Shown piece after piece: positions 8,733 through 18,296 of a DNA stretch of 35,394 nucleotides. This stretch comes from a bacterium (GTDB taxonomy: Bacteria; Hinthialibacterota; Hinthialibacteria; Hinthialibacterales; Hinthialibacteraceae), in NCBI GenBank assembly GCA_041946805.1, contig JBHGBC010000052.1:1-35394 (forward strand). The letters run 5' to 3'. The notes beneath the pieces were generated by a model. The model had not been told where the DNA came from. It made no database searches and worked only from the letters and a program-made list of their open reading frames with translations. A program made the position numbers and the translations under genes. Each line of letters starts with the position of its first letter. Positions within the stretch are counted from its first letter, which is position 1.

Positions 8733-9971
8733 TCACGCCGGGCGGGGATACACGGGGATCTTCATGAACGCGCCGCCCTGGAGCGCCGATTCGTGCGCCA
8801 CGATCCCCGGGACGGTGTACGACAGCGCTTCATACACGTCCACCGCCGGACGCCGCCCGTGGGTCAGCGCGTCGATGAACTCATGCGTTAGGAATGTGTG
8901 CGAGCCTTCATGCCCGCTGTCGTGCCGCAGGGGCTCCGGCAGCATGTCGGTCTTCCACCATTGAGGCACTTCGAACGGCTCGAATTCCGGCAGTGCGCGC
9001 TCGAATCCCGCGTCGTCCTTCTCGGTCTGCTTGCCGGAACGGATGATCACCGGCCCCAATCCGTTGGGGTGCGCGTCGTAGAAACTCATTTTGTTGCCGA
9101 TCCACTGCGCCCGCTCGCAGCCCCGGTGCGCGCCCTTCCACCACACATTGACCCGGAACGCGTGGCCGCGGTCGGTCTTGAACATCGCCGATTCGCACCA
9201 GTAGGGATTCTTATAGACATTATCCGTGCAGATCGGATCGTCATCCCCCCATCCGTGGCACACCACTTCCGTCAGCCGCTCGCCGGTCACGCTGAGCAGA
9301 TGCGCGGTGCAATGCGTGGGATAATGCATGGGGGCGATGCCATGCCGCCAGGTGCGCTTGCCGCCCTCGAAATACAAGACTTCCAGGCCGGGATGCTGAT
9401 ATTCCGATTCGCAGTAATAGATCTCTCCGAATTTGCCTTCCTGCTGGAATTTCCGGGCGGTGATGGTTTTCTGCTGGAAATAGCTGGTTTCGGCCATCAT
9501 GTACGTCTGGCCGGTTTCCTTGACCGCGGCCAGCAGCTGTTCGGCCGCCTCGACTCCCCCGCCCATGCTGGCGGGCACCGCCGAGATGACATGCTTGCCG
9601 TGCTTCATGGCCGCCACCGCATGCTGCACGTGCAAGGGAGCGTCGGTGAAAATGGCGACCGCGTCGATGTTTTTGTCCTTGATCAATTCCTCCAGCGAGT
9701 CGTAGGTTTTCGCGCAGTTGTAAATCTTTTGCAGCCGCTCGCGCCGTTCGGGCCGCAGGTCGCTGACCGCCGCCACCACGCAATCCGGATGCTCATGCCA
9801 TTGGAAACTGCAGCCGAATCCCCCGCCCACCACGCCGATGCGGATCTTCTTCGAGGCCGTATCCGCCGGGAACGCCGATTGCTGCGCCAGGGCCAACGCC
9901 GCCAGCGATGCGCCGCTGGATTTCAAAAACGCCCGCCGCGGGGTTTGGGTTGATTTTGAAGTCTGTTGCAT
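8733..9971 (-). CDS. Gfo/Idh/MocA family oxidoreductase with Tat signal
   Basis: ATG 9971 behind GGAGG; PRRAFLK; IRIGVVGGGFG Rossmann motif; H..H..AAM.HGKHV with SAVP in place of EKP. Confidence 0.88.
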   Translation of the reverse strand: MQQTSKSTQTPRRAFLKSSGASLAALALAQQSAFPADTASKKIRIGVVGGGFGCSFQWHEHPDCVVAAVSDLRPERRERLQKIYNCAKTYDSLEELIKDKNIDAVAIFTDAPLHVQHAVAAMKHGKHVISAVPASMGGGVEAAEQLLAAVKETGQTYMMAETSYFQQKTITARKFQQEGKFGEIYYCESEYQHPGLEVLYFEGGKRTWRHGIAPMHYPTHCTAHLLSVTGERLTEVVCHGWGDDDPICTDNVYKNPYWCESAMFKTDRGHAFRVNVWWKGAHRGCERAQWIGNKMSFYDAHPNGLGPVIIRSGKQTEKDDAGFERALPEFEPFEVPQWWKTDMLPEPLRHDSGHEGSHTFLTHEFIDALTHGRRPAVDVYEALSYTVPGIVAHESALQGGAFMKIPVYPRPA

Positions 9972-10135
9972 GGATTTTGCCTCCCACTTATTTGGATTAT
10001 GAATCGGTTCGTATTGTTGTGTTCGATGGAAATGTCCTGAGACGTTCGGATTTTCAATTGAACTTTTTTGATTTGTTACTTCGTGATCTTTCACCTCACA
10101 AAAGGCGTATATGTTTCTCTTGGTATCTCAGAATC

Positions 10136-10169
10136 GTAGGATGGATTAGCGCGTAGCGCGTAACCCATC
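10136..10169. repeat. GTAG-type REP (family B)
   Basis: gtaggatggattagcgcgtagcgcgtaacccatc, imperfect hairpin with 5' GTAG. Confidence 0.65.
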
Positions 10170-10184
10170 GGATCCTTTTTCGTT

Positions 10185-11339
10185 CTACCCCTCCTCCACC
10201 GCCGTCCATTTCCGGCTTTCGTTGGAGCGCAGCGCCGCTTCCAGCACGCATTGGGTTTTGACTCCATCGGCGATGTCCGGCCGCGACGGTTTGCCTTCCA
10301 AAATATGGGTGACAAAGTTGTAGAGACTGTGCACGTGAAACCGCTCCCAGCCTACCGTGTTCTTGGGGCCGGGATAGATGGAGGGCTTGGGATAACGGGC
10401 CACGCATTCGATCGCCCGGAATCCCCGGTCCCCGCCATACGCCGCTTCCGGCGGCCTCGCGTCATAGTACTCCAGAAAGTTGGGCTGCATCAGGTTGAAA
10501 CGGATCGCGCCTTGATCGCCATGGGCTTCGAAGCGCACTTCGTCCTGCGCGCCCGTGGCCAGCCGCGATGATTCCAACGATCCCACTGCCCCATTTTTCA
10601 GGCGAAACAACATCAGGGACACGTCGTCCACCTGAACCGGAACCTTCTTTGCCGGATCTTCTTTCAGCGGCCGTTCCTTGATCAGGATCTCGCCCAAATG
10701 CAGCACTTCGGCGAACTCGCCCAGCAAATGCCGCGTGAGGTCCACCACATGCGCGCCCAGGTCGAATAACGCGCCGCCCCGGCCGCTCTGTTCCACGTCC
10801 AGCCGCCATGAAAACGGCCGCTGGGGATCGATGTACCCCGCGTGCAAATAACACACCCGCGCGCTGTAGATCCGCCCCAGCGCCCCGGCGTCGATCAGCT
10901 GTTTGGCGCGCAGCAGGGCGGGGATGAAGCGATACTGAAACGCCATCTGGGTGACACACCCGGGATGACGCGCCGCCGCTTCGCCCATGATCCGCGCCTC
11001 CTCCCGCGTGCGGCACAGCGGCTTGTCCATATACACGTGCTTGCCGTGTTCGAGCGCGGCCAGCAGAACATCTTTATGTAAGGAATTCGGCGCGCAGCAA
11101 TGGATGATGTCGATATCCTCGCGGGCGCAGAGCTCCCGGTAGTCCGTGGTTCCGAACGCGAAGCCCCATTCCTCCACCGCGCGCCGCCAGCTCGCCTGGC
11201 TGTGCGTCGCCACGCCCGCCAGGGTGATGCGCGCGGGCGCGGGATCGTAATAATAATTCAGCGAGCGGTACGCGTGGCTTTGGGTTTTGCCCATGAAACC
11301 GAATCCCACGATTCCCACCCGCATTTCCGGTAACGCCAT
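10185..11339 (-). CDS. Gfo/Idh/MocA family oxidoreductase (cytoplasmic)
   Basis: VGIVGFGFMG, GKHVYMDKP, GGALFDLGAHVVD; AGGAG RBS. Confidence 0.9.
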   Translation of the reverse strand: MALPEMRVGIVGFGFMGKTQSHAYRSLNYYYDPAPARITLAGVATHSQASWRRAVEEWGFAFGTTDYRELCAREDIDIIHCCAPNSLHKDVLLAALEHGKHVYMDKPLCRTREEARIMGEAAARHPGCVTQMAFQYRFIPALLRAKQLIDAGALGRIYSARVCYLHAGYIDPQRPFSWRLDVEQSGRGGALFDLGAHVVDLTRHLLGEFAEVLHLGEILIKERPLKEDPAKKVPVQVDDVSLMLFRLKNGAVGSLESSRLATGAQDEVRFEAHGDQGAIRFNLMQPNFLEYYDARPPEAAYGGDRGFRAIECVARYPKPSIYPGPKNTVGWERFHVHSLYNFVTHILEGKPSRPDIADGVKTQCVLEAALRSNESRKWTAVEEG

Positions 11340-11417
11340 GGTGATCTCCTTGCTTGAATACTGGTTTATTCAGGATTTCTTTGTATAGGAAAATCCTATC
11401 CTCCAATCTCCGGCTTT

Positions 11418-11679
11418 CCCTCACCTTATCCCTCACCCGGAGGGAGAGGGGCTGGTATTACGAGAAATGTCAATGGGTCGATAACGGCTCAGGAAATGCC
11501 ACGGCTTTGATCATTCATTTTTTTTCCTTCCCCGGATCGGATAAAAACCAGATGAGGTCTTTATTCCTATTTCAGATCATAATGAACTATAAGGCTTCCT
11601 TATTAAAATCACGTTTCCTAGTATGAATCACTTCCCATTTTCGGCTCCCTCTCCCCCCGGGAGAGGGCCGGGGGGAGGG
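11418..11679. repeat. Inverted pair of family A repeats (11418-11450 forward, 11647-11679 reverse) around an AT-rich core
   Basis: ccctcaccttatccctcacccggagggagaggg ... ccctctccccccgggagagggccggggggaggg. Confidence 0.7.
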
Positions 11680-11711
11680 AAATCTTTTTGATAATCCCGC
11701 ATAGCCCTCTT

Positions 11712-12731
11712 TTACCCGGTAGCCCGCTTCAACAACTGCATCCCGTTATCATGAAACAATCCCTGAACAAACCGGCGTGGCAAACCCAACCGCTCCACCG
11801 CTTTCTTGATGGCCCGCAGTTCCTCGTATAAAAACGAGGTGAAGCGCAGTTTGCCCTGATCGTCCGATATCGACAGTTCCCACGGGACCGGCGTCACGTA
11901 GGTGTATTGATCGTTGATCTCCACCGACTTCCCCGGCGCGAGGGCCAGGGGGATGTCCGTGCCGTACAAAATCCGGTCCGCCGGGACGGTCTGAAACAGA
12001 TGCTCCATGACTTCCCAATGATTGACCATCGCCAGGTCGTAATACAGATTGGGAAGAGCCTTGAGCGTCTCCAGGTTGCCCAACACATTCTTGAGATAGT
12101 ACGCCCGGCCGATGTGGGCCAACACGATCCGCGCCTTCGGATAGCGCTCACACAGCTCCACGATCCGCCGCTGGTTCAAGGGATCGGCCAGCCGCGCCTT
12201 GCGGGGGATGTGCAGCATGACGATTTGTCCCAGCGCGTTCACGATCTCCATCACCCACGCCGGCAGCATTTCGGGGATTTCCACCGCGTTGATGTCGGCC
12301 TTCCGGACATAATTCGGATACGGCTTGATCCCCCAATACCGGCCGGATTCGAGATCCTTCCTCACCCCGGCGGGATCGTCCTCCAACGGATCGAACAGCC
12401 GCAGGGCGAAGAAGCGCTGCGGATCGCAGGCATCCGCCAGGTAAGCGTTGTTCCGTTGCCGGCCATAGCCCACTTCGGGAAATCCGAAACAGACGGCCTT
12501 GGTCTTGCGTCCGGGATAGGTGGCGTCCAGGTCATTCGCTAATTCCTGCAAGTCGTAGCGGTCGATGGGATGGCCCGAGCACGAAAACGTCTCCCCTGCC
12601 GGCACCACGCCCGCGTTGAACACATGCACGTGAAAATCCAGGATGGCATCCGGCAGAAACGCGTCCAGCTCTTCCTCGAAAATCTTCCGGTTGCGTTCGT
12701 GTAGGGTGGTTTCTTTCCAGGATGGATTCAT
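11712..12731 (-). CDS. Amidohydrolase family (Amidohydro_2-like) metal-dependent hydrolase
   Basis: DFHVH, MLHIP, VLAHIG and LYGTD motifs. Confidence 0.85.
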   Translation of the reverse strand: MNPSWKETTLHERNRKIFEEELDAFLPDAILDFHVHVFNAGVVPAGETFSCSGHPIDRYDLQELANDLDATYPGRKTKAVCFGFPEVGYGRQRNNAYLADACDPQRFFALRLFDPLEDDPAGVRKDLESGRYWGIKPYPNYVRKADINAVEIPEMLPAWVMEIVNALGQIVMLHIPRKARLADPLNQRRIVELCERYPKARIVLAHIGRAYYLKNVLGNLETLKALPNLYYDLAMVNHWEVMEHLFQTVPADRILYGTDIPLALAPGKSVEINDQYTYVTPVPWELSISDDQGKLRFTSFLYEELRAIKKAVERLGLPRRFVQGLFHDNGMQLLKRATG

Positions 12732-12784
12732 TATTGGTTTCTCGTCGGTAATGAGTGTTTTATAGAGAATCCTCTTTTTCCGTA

Positions 12785-12830
12785 CCCGGGGATTGTCACC
12801 CCCGGCTATTCATATCCAATCCCTCCGGGA
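12785..12830 (+). repeat. Family C double-hairpin repeat
   Basis: cccggggattgtcacccccggctattcatatccaatccctccggga. Confidence 0.5.
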
Positions 12831-12872
12831 TGGGATGCGGGCGGAACGCCGGCGCGGCCATTTTTCTCCGCC

Positions 12873-14600
12873 TCACAAATACAATCCCGAAAACAGCAGC
12901 ACCAGAAAGCCAATGATCGCCGCGAAGAGGCCCCACCAGAACACCACGCTGATGTACCAGTGATCGCCGAGCTCGCTGAAAATGTTCATCCGCCGCCAGT
13001 TGAAGGTCAGGTCGTCCGTCACCTGCTCGGGCCGCGGCGGCGCGGTGATCAAACTCACACCCGCGCACAACACCATGCAGAAGCACCAGTTGACGATCGC
13101 CTGGTTGGCGTACGGCTCCAGCCACACGACATGACCGGGTAACGTCACGTAATATTTCATGAAAATCCCCAACGCGAATCCCAGTATCACCGCCGCCGAC
13201 GCGCCCATGCCGTTGATCCGCCGGAAGAGGATCCCCAACAGAAACACCGCCGCGAAGGGCGGGGCGAAGAAGGCGTACAGCGTCTGGATATACACGAACA
13301 GACTGCCCGAAATCCGCCCGATGTAGCCCCCCAGCAGAATGGAGATGGCCAGGATCACCATCGACGAGATCATCCCCATCCGCACCAGATTTTTCTCCGC
13401 GGCGTCCGGCTTGATCAACCGCTTGTAAATATCCAGGGTGAAGATGGTCGCCGTCGAATTGAGCACCGAGTTCACCGTCGATTGGATGGCCCCGAACAAC
13501 GCCGCCAGAAACAATCCGCGCAGCCCGGCCGGAATCAACGTCCCCAGCAGATTGACATACCCTTTGTCCGCCTCGGGCCGCACTTGTTCCCAGGGCAGCA
13601 TCAGAACGCCGGGATACATGGCGAACAGGATGAGTCCGGGAAACACCACGATCACCGGCATGAGGATCTTCATGTACCCCGCCAGCACGATCCCCATCCG
13701 CGCGTGGTACATGTTCCGCGCGCCCAGCACCCGCTGGATCATGAACTGGTTGAGCACGTTGTACCAGATGCTCACCGAAAAGATCCCAAAGATCAGCGAG
13801 GGCCAGGGTGAGACTTCATGCGTCACCGGCTGGATGACCGAAAGCCGGTTGTACGTGTCTAGATGCACCATCTGTTGCGCGTGATGCCGCGCCGCCTCCG
13901 CCCAGACGCCCGCGTGCGCCTGGTTGCGTTCGATCATTACCCGCGCGCCCTCGATCAACGAACGCGCATCGCCCGAGAGCGCGTACAGCCCCAGGCCGGT
14001 GACCATCAGCCCGCCCGCGATCATCACGATCAGCATGAAAAAGTCGGTCCAGGCGACCGACTTCAACCCCCCGTAAATCGCCCAGCCCCCCGCCACCACG
14101 CCCAGCAGGATGATCGAGAACCACAGGTTCCAGCCGAACAGCGTCTGCACCGCCAGCGCCCCGCCGTACAACACCGCCGCCAAAAAGGCGACCACGTTGC
14201 TGATCACCGTCACCGCCGCGAAGACGAAGCGCAGCGCGGGATTGAACCGCCGCTCGAGGAACTCGGGCGTCGTGAACACCTTGGCGGTCAGCAAAAACGG
14301 GATGAACAGCCAGATCAGCAGGGTGAACGAGCCCACGTTCAGCCATTCCGACATGGCCACGCAAATGCCGTACACGTACGCCCCGCCGATCATCCCGATG
14401 AAATGCTCGGAACTGATGTTCGACGCGATGAACGAACTCCCCACCACGTACCAGGGCAGTGTCCGCCCCGCCAAAAAATAGTCGCCGGTATTGACCCGCT
14501 CCTTGCGCCCGGTCCAATACCCCACCACGCTGACCATCACGAAATACATCGCGAAGGTGAAATAATCCCATCCGTCCAGTGCTATGCCGCCTTGGTTCAT
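12873..14600 (-). CDS. Sodium:solute symporter (SSS/SLC5), sugar/polyol type
   Basis: ATG 14600 overlaps the upstream stop (ATGA); DYFLAGR, ASNISSEHFIG, TTPEFLERRF, YGGLKSVAWTD, NQFMIQRVLGA. Confidence 0.93.
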   Translation of the reverse strand: MNQGGIALDGWDYFTFAMYFVMVSVVGYWTGRKERVNTGDYFLAGRTLPWYVVGSSFIASNISSEHFIGMIGGAYVYGICVAMSEWLNVGSFTLLIWLFIPFLLTAKVFTTPEFLERRFNPALRFVFAAVTVISNVVAFLAAVLYGGALAVQTLFGWNLWFSIILLGVVAGGWAIYGGLKSVAWTDFFMLIVMIAGGLMVTGLGLYALSGDARSLIEGARVMIERNQAHAGVWAEAARHHAQQMVHLDTYNRLSVIQPVTHEVSPWPSLIFGIFSVSIWYNVLNQFMIQRVLGARNMYHARMGIVLAGYMKILMPVIVVFPGLILFAMYPGVLMLPWEQVRPEADKGYVNLLGTLIPAGLRGLFLAALFGAIQSTVNSVLNSTATIFTLDIYKRLIKPDAAEKNLVRMGMISSMVILAISILLGGYIGRISGSLFVYIQTLYAFFAPPFAAVFLLGILFRRINGMGASAAVILGFALGIFMKYYVTLPGHVVWLEPYANQAIVNWCFCMVLCAGVSLITAPPRPEQVTDDLTFNWRRMNIFSELGDHWYISVVFWWGLFAAIIGFLVLLFSGLYL

Positions 14601-15997
14601 CGAGCCAGGATCGTCCTTTCCATCCCCAGGTAACTCCCCATCGCCGCGACCGCTTCCGCGTGATCGCCCAGCACCAGCGCGCAATGATGGGTCCCGCCCC
14701 GGCGCGAATACTCCTCCAAAAATGGTTCCACCGGCGGCTGGGGACGGATCCACCCCCGCACCGCTTCCCGCATGTCCGCCCGCGTGGTGTCCCCCAGCAC
14801 CTCCACCGGCGCGAGGATCAGGCGAAAGGTGTCATCCGGCCCGGGCGCCAGGTTCACCAGCACCGCCGGCCCGGTTGCGGGGGCGCACGCCAGCATGGCC
14901 GGATTCTTCGCCGGGGTCCACGGGAAATCCTTCTCGATCAGCCAGGCCTTGCCCGCCGCCACTTCCGGATTGATTTCCCCCATGTGCGACAAAAAGATCG
15001 CGTCGCCCTTCCAGTCCGGACAAAACATTTCCGTGAACGTCGTCTTCCCAAAGCCGCCTTGCAGCGCGCCCACCAGGGCCGCCGTCAGCACGTCCCCCTC
15101 GCCCGCGTAGCCCACACCGCGCTCCATGGCCTTCGAGCATTCCAGAAAGGGGACCGTGTCCACCGGCCCCTCGGTGGAAGCGAAGGCCAGGAAATTCTGG
15201 CTGAAGGCCCGGTATTTCTTCTTCTCCAGATACCGCCGCAATCCGAGTCCCACCCGCAGCGAACGGCGGTGGACTTCCTCCGGCGCCTCGCACACGAAGC
15301 GCTGCCGGTCGGCTTGCAGCTCCGCCTCGATCTCCTTGTCGGTGACGGACAGCGCGCTGTCCGCCAGGGCGTCCGGGGCGATGGTGTCCACCGCGATGCG
15401 GAATTGTTTCCACAGCAGTTCCTCATCCACGGCGAAATCGCCCATGCCGGCGAACGATTCGCCCACCCGCAGCACCGGCGTGTTTTTGAAGCAACGCGCC
15501 GCGTGCGCCGCCCGCGCCAGCTCCGCCGCCCGCCGGAGGACGTTCGAGTGCTGAATATGCCCGGCCACGATCTCGAAGGGAACCTTCCGCCGGACCAGCA
15601 GCGAGGCCAGGTCCTGCACGCCGTGGATGCCGTGATTGTACAGGATGCGGGCGGGATCGGCGGCCGGCCCGAAATCGTAATCCAGGGTCGTGTCGAGCAT
15701 CAGGATCGGACGGTTGGCCGCGGCCAGCGCGTCGATCGACTCCAGCGACAGCGAATAGGCCAGGTGCAGGGTCACGATCAGGTCCACGTCCTCTTGTTCG
15801 AAATGACGGATCGCCTTCCGGAACTCGGGCGCCAGCCGGCAGATGCCCGACATGACGGTCTCCACGCCTTCCCTTTCAAAGCCATCCAGGACCGCCTTGA
15901 TCAAAGGATCGTCGAACTCGTACCGCAACTCGGGGAACGTGTCGTCGTACAGTTTCAAATACAATGGCAAAAGGCCGATCCGGGATTGACGGTTCAT
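14597..15997 (-). CDS. L-fucose/L-arabinose isomerase family protein
   Basis: ATG 15997 overlaps the upstream stop (ATGA); HGIHG, GYAGEGD, FTE, SHMGE and THHCAL match AraA/FucI-type motifs. Confidence 0.8.
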   Translation of the reverse strand: MNRQSRIGLLPLYLKLYDDTFPELRYEFDDPLIKAVLDGFEREGVETVMSGICRLAPEFRKAIRHFEQEDVDLIVTLHLAYSLSLESIDALAAANRPILMLDTTLDYDFGPAADPARILYNHGIHGVQDLASLLVRRKVPFEIVAGHIQHSNVLRRAAELARAAHAARCFKNTPVLRVGESFAGMGDFAVDEELLWKQFRIAVDTIAPDALADSALSVTDKEIEAELQADRQRFVCEAPEEVHRRSLRVGLGLRRYLEKKKYRAFSQNFLAFASTEGPVDTVPFLECSKAMERGVGYAGEGDVLTAALVGALQGGFGKTTFTEMFCPDWKGDAIFLSHMGEINPEVAAGKAWLIEKDFPWTPAKNPAMLACAPATGPAVLVNLAPGPDDTFRLILAPVEVLGDTTRADMREAVRGWIRPQPPVEPFLEEYSRRGGTHHCALVLGDHAEAVAAMGSYLGMERTILAR

Positions 15998-17493
15998 TTT
16001 TTTCTCTCCTGGTGCGAAAACGCCGCGCCGATCGGCGAGGCGTGGTATAGCCGTTCGAAAATCGTTTCGTACACTTCGCTTCCACGCAGGATTTCCGCCA
16101 GCGTCTTCCCGTCCGGCGGGGATACTCGCTGCAGCCGGCTCCGCGCGGCCGCCGGATGGAAGGCATACACCGATCCCCGCGCCGCCGCGAGATCTTGGTC
16201 CACCTGCCAAAACACCGGCAGCGGCGCGAACAGCCCGGCGATCATCCGGCGGAAATAGAATCCCTTGCTCGCGCCCCCGCCCAGCGCCACGGCGCCGATG
16301 TCGCCCGTGTCCCGCGCCGCCCGGAACATCCGCGCCAGTTCGCAGGCCATCCCCGCCGCCACCGCGCGCAGCAGGTCGTCCCGCCCGGTCCGGTCGTTCA
16401 TGCCCGTGAACACGCCCCCGCCGTACGTCTGACCGTTGAATGGATCGATTTGCGTGAACCAGGGCAGGCAGACCAGCCCCGCGGGGGGCCATATTTGTTT
16501 CTTGAAAATCCCTTCCGCCTCCGCCAGCGCCGCAGCCCGGTCCGGTTGGATAAATTGGTCCAAACCCCAGTCCCACGATGGATTCCCCGTCAGCAGGGGC
16601 TGCACCACCAGCCGCCCTTCACCCACCGGCGAGGGCAGCGGCAACTGGATGGGAGAAAAGCCGGTGGTGTCGTCCGGAAGCACGAAATTGCCCACCCAGG
16701 CCGTTCCCAACGAACACTGCAACGGCCGCTCCAAACCGCCCGCGGCGGAGAGATACCCGGCTTCCTGGTCGATGTACGGCCCCGCCACGGGGATGCCTTC
16801 GGGAAGGCCCAGGCGTTTCGCTCCCGCCCGGCTCAAGGGCGACGTTTCATGCCCCCGCCGCAAGGGGGCCACGAACGAAAGCGGCACGCCCACGCGGTCC
16901 AGCAGCGTCGCATCGAGCCGCTTTTTCCCCGCGTGATACGAGCCGGTCTGGATCGCGTTGCCCGCATCCTGCCGCCACACGCCCGTCAGTTGGAAATAGA
17001 GATATTCTCCCGCGCCGATGTGGATCGAATCGTCCCGGAACAACTCGGGGCGCGTTTCCTTCAACCACAGGAACCGCCCCAGGCCCGAGGGCGGATAATC
17101 CCGCAGGACGGTCTTCCGCCAAAGGCCCGCCGGCGCGCTTTCCGCCAGCCGCTGGGCGTACCGCAGCGACCGGCCGTCGTTCCACAGGATCATGGAGGTC
17201 AAGGGCTTGCCCGTGGCCCGCCCGGCGATGATCGTGCTTCCCCCTTGCGCCGCCAGCCCGATGCCCGCCGTCTGCTTCCACCGGTTTCCCAGAAGGCCTT
17301 GGACTTCCGCCACGCTTTCCCGGAACGCGCGGTCCAGCGCCCCGGTCCGCTGTTCACGGCCTCCCTCGGGATACGCCCGCACGGGCAGCCGCCGCGCGGC
17401 CTGGGCGAGCAGGGCGCCGGTTTTCGCGTCGAATGCGCAGACCTTGAGCACCGTGGTCCCCAGATCGATCCCGATCAAAACGCTTCCGGCCAT
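15994..17493 (-). CDS. FGGY family carbohydrate kinase
   Basis: IGIDLGTTVLK, ILWNDGRS, SLGT, LGGGASK; start at MAGSVL. Confidence 0.88.
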   Translation of the reverse strand: MAGSVLIGIDLGTTVLKVCAFDAKTGALLAQAARRLPVRAYPEGGREQRTGALDRAFRESVAEVQGLLGNRWKQTAGIGLAAQGGSTIIAGRATGKPLTSMILWNDGRSLRYAQRLAESAPAGLWRKTVLRDYPPSGLGRFLWLKETRPELFRDDSIHIGAGEYLYFQLTGVWRQDAGNAIQTGSYHAGKKRLDATLLDRVGVPLSFVAPLRRGHETSPLSRAGAKRLGLPEGIPVAGPYIDQEAGYLSAAGGLERPLQCSLGTAWVGNFVLPDDTTGFSPIQLPLPSPVGEGRLVVQPLLTGNPSWDWGLDQFIQPDRAAALAEAEGIFKKQIWPPAGLVCLPWFTQIDPFNGQTYGGGVFTGMNDRTGRDDLLRAVAAGMACELARMFRAARDTGDIGAVALGGGASKGFYFRRMIAGLFAPLPVFWQVDQDLAAARGSVYAFHPAAARSRLQRVSPPDGKTLAEILRGSEVYETIFERLYHASPIGAAFSHQERKK

Positions 17494-17527
17494 GCTTTCC
17501 CTTCCCCAGGGGCCATGGATCCGCCGT

Positions 17528-18292
17528 TTATCCGCAATCCGCGAAGGTGACGGGTTTCCCGAGCTTCCGCAGCCATTTGCGCGTGGCCGCGGGCGCCCGG
17601 CTGTCCGTGATGACCTGGTGGATTTCGTCCCAGGACGCGAACCGCACCAGCGAGGGATGTTCGAATTTCCGGTGATCGACCACCAGCACATTGTGCCGCG
17701 ATCCGGCGATCATGGTCTGCGATACCCGCGCGATGTTCATTTCCGTCGTGAACACGCCCTCCGGGCTGACGCCGTCCGCGCCGATGAACGCCAGGTCGAC
17801 GCTAAACCGCTTCAGGTTTTCCTCGGTGATCCACCCGGTGAGGTCCGGATTGCCCTTGCGGGCGGTTCCGCCCAGCAGCACCAGTTCGATGGGGTCGTGC
17901 GCGTGCAGGACCGAGGCGATGGCCAGGGACGAGGTCAGCACCGTGAGCGGCTTGATCCGCGTGATGGCCCGCGCCACTTCGAGTGTGGTCGTGCCCGTGT
18001 CCAGCGTGATGGCCATGCCGGGATGGACCAGGACGGCCGCTTCCCGCGCGATGGCCCGTTTTTCCTCGGCGCATTCCCGCTCTTTTTTCTTGAAGGAAAA
18101 TTCGATGATCCCCGCCTTGGAGAGCACCGCGCCGCCGTGCGTGCGGGTCAACTCGCCCGCCTGCTCCAACAGCACCAGGTCGCGGCGGATGGTCATTTCG
18201 CTGACTTGGAAGTAACGCGCCAGGCTCGGGACGGTCACTTCGCCGTTTTCCGCCAGCAGATTCACGATGGCTGCGTGCCGGGGATTGGTCAT
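17528..18292 (-). CDS. DeoR/GlpR family transcriptional regulator
   Basis: HTH VSEMTIRRDL, RTHGGA, LDTGTTT, DLAFIGADG. Confidence 0.95.
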   Translation of the reverse strand: MTNPRHAAIVNLLAENGEVTVPSLARYFQVSEMTIRRDLVLLEQAGELTRTHGGAVLSKAGIIEFSFKKKERECAEEKRAIAREAAVLVHPGMAITLDTGTTTLEVARAITRIKPLTVLTSSLAIASVLHAHDPIELVLLGGTARKGNPDLTGWITEENLKRFSVDLAFIGADGVSPEGVFTTEMNIARVSQTMIAGSRHNVLVVDHRKFEHPSLVRFASWDEIHQVITDSRAPAATRKWLRKLGKPVTFADCG

Positions 18293-18296
18293 GTGT

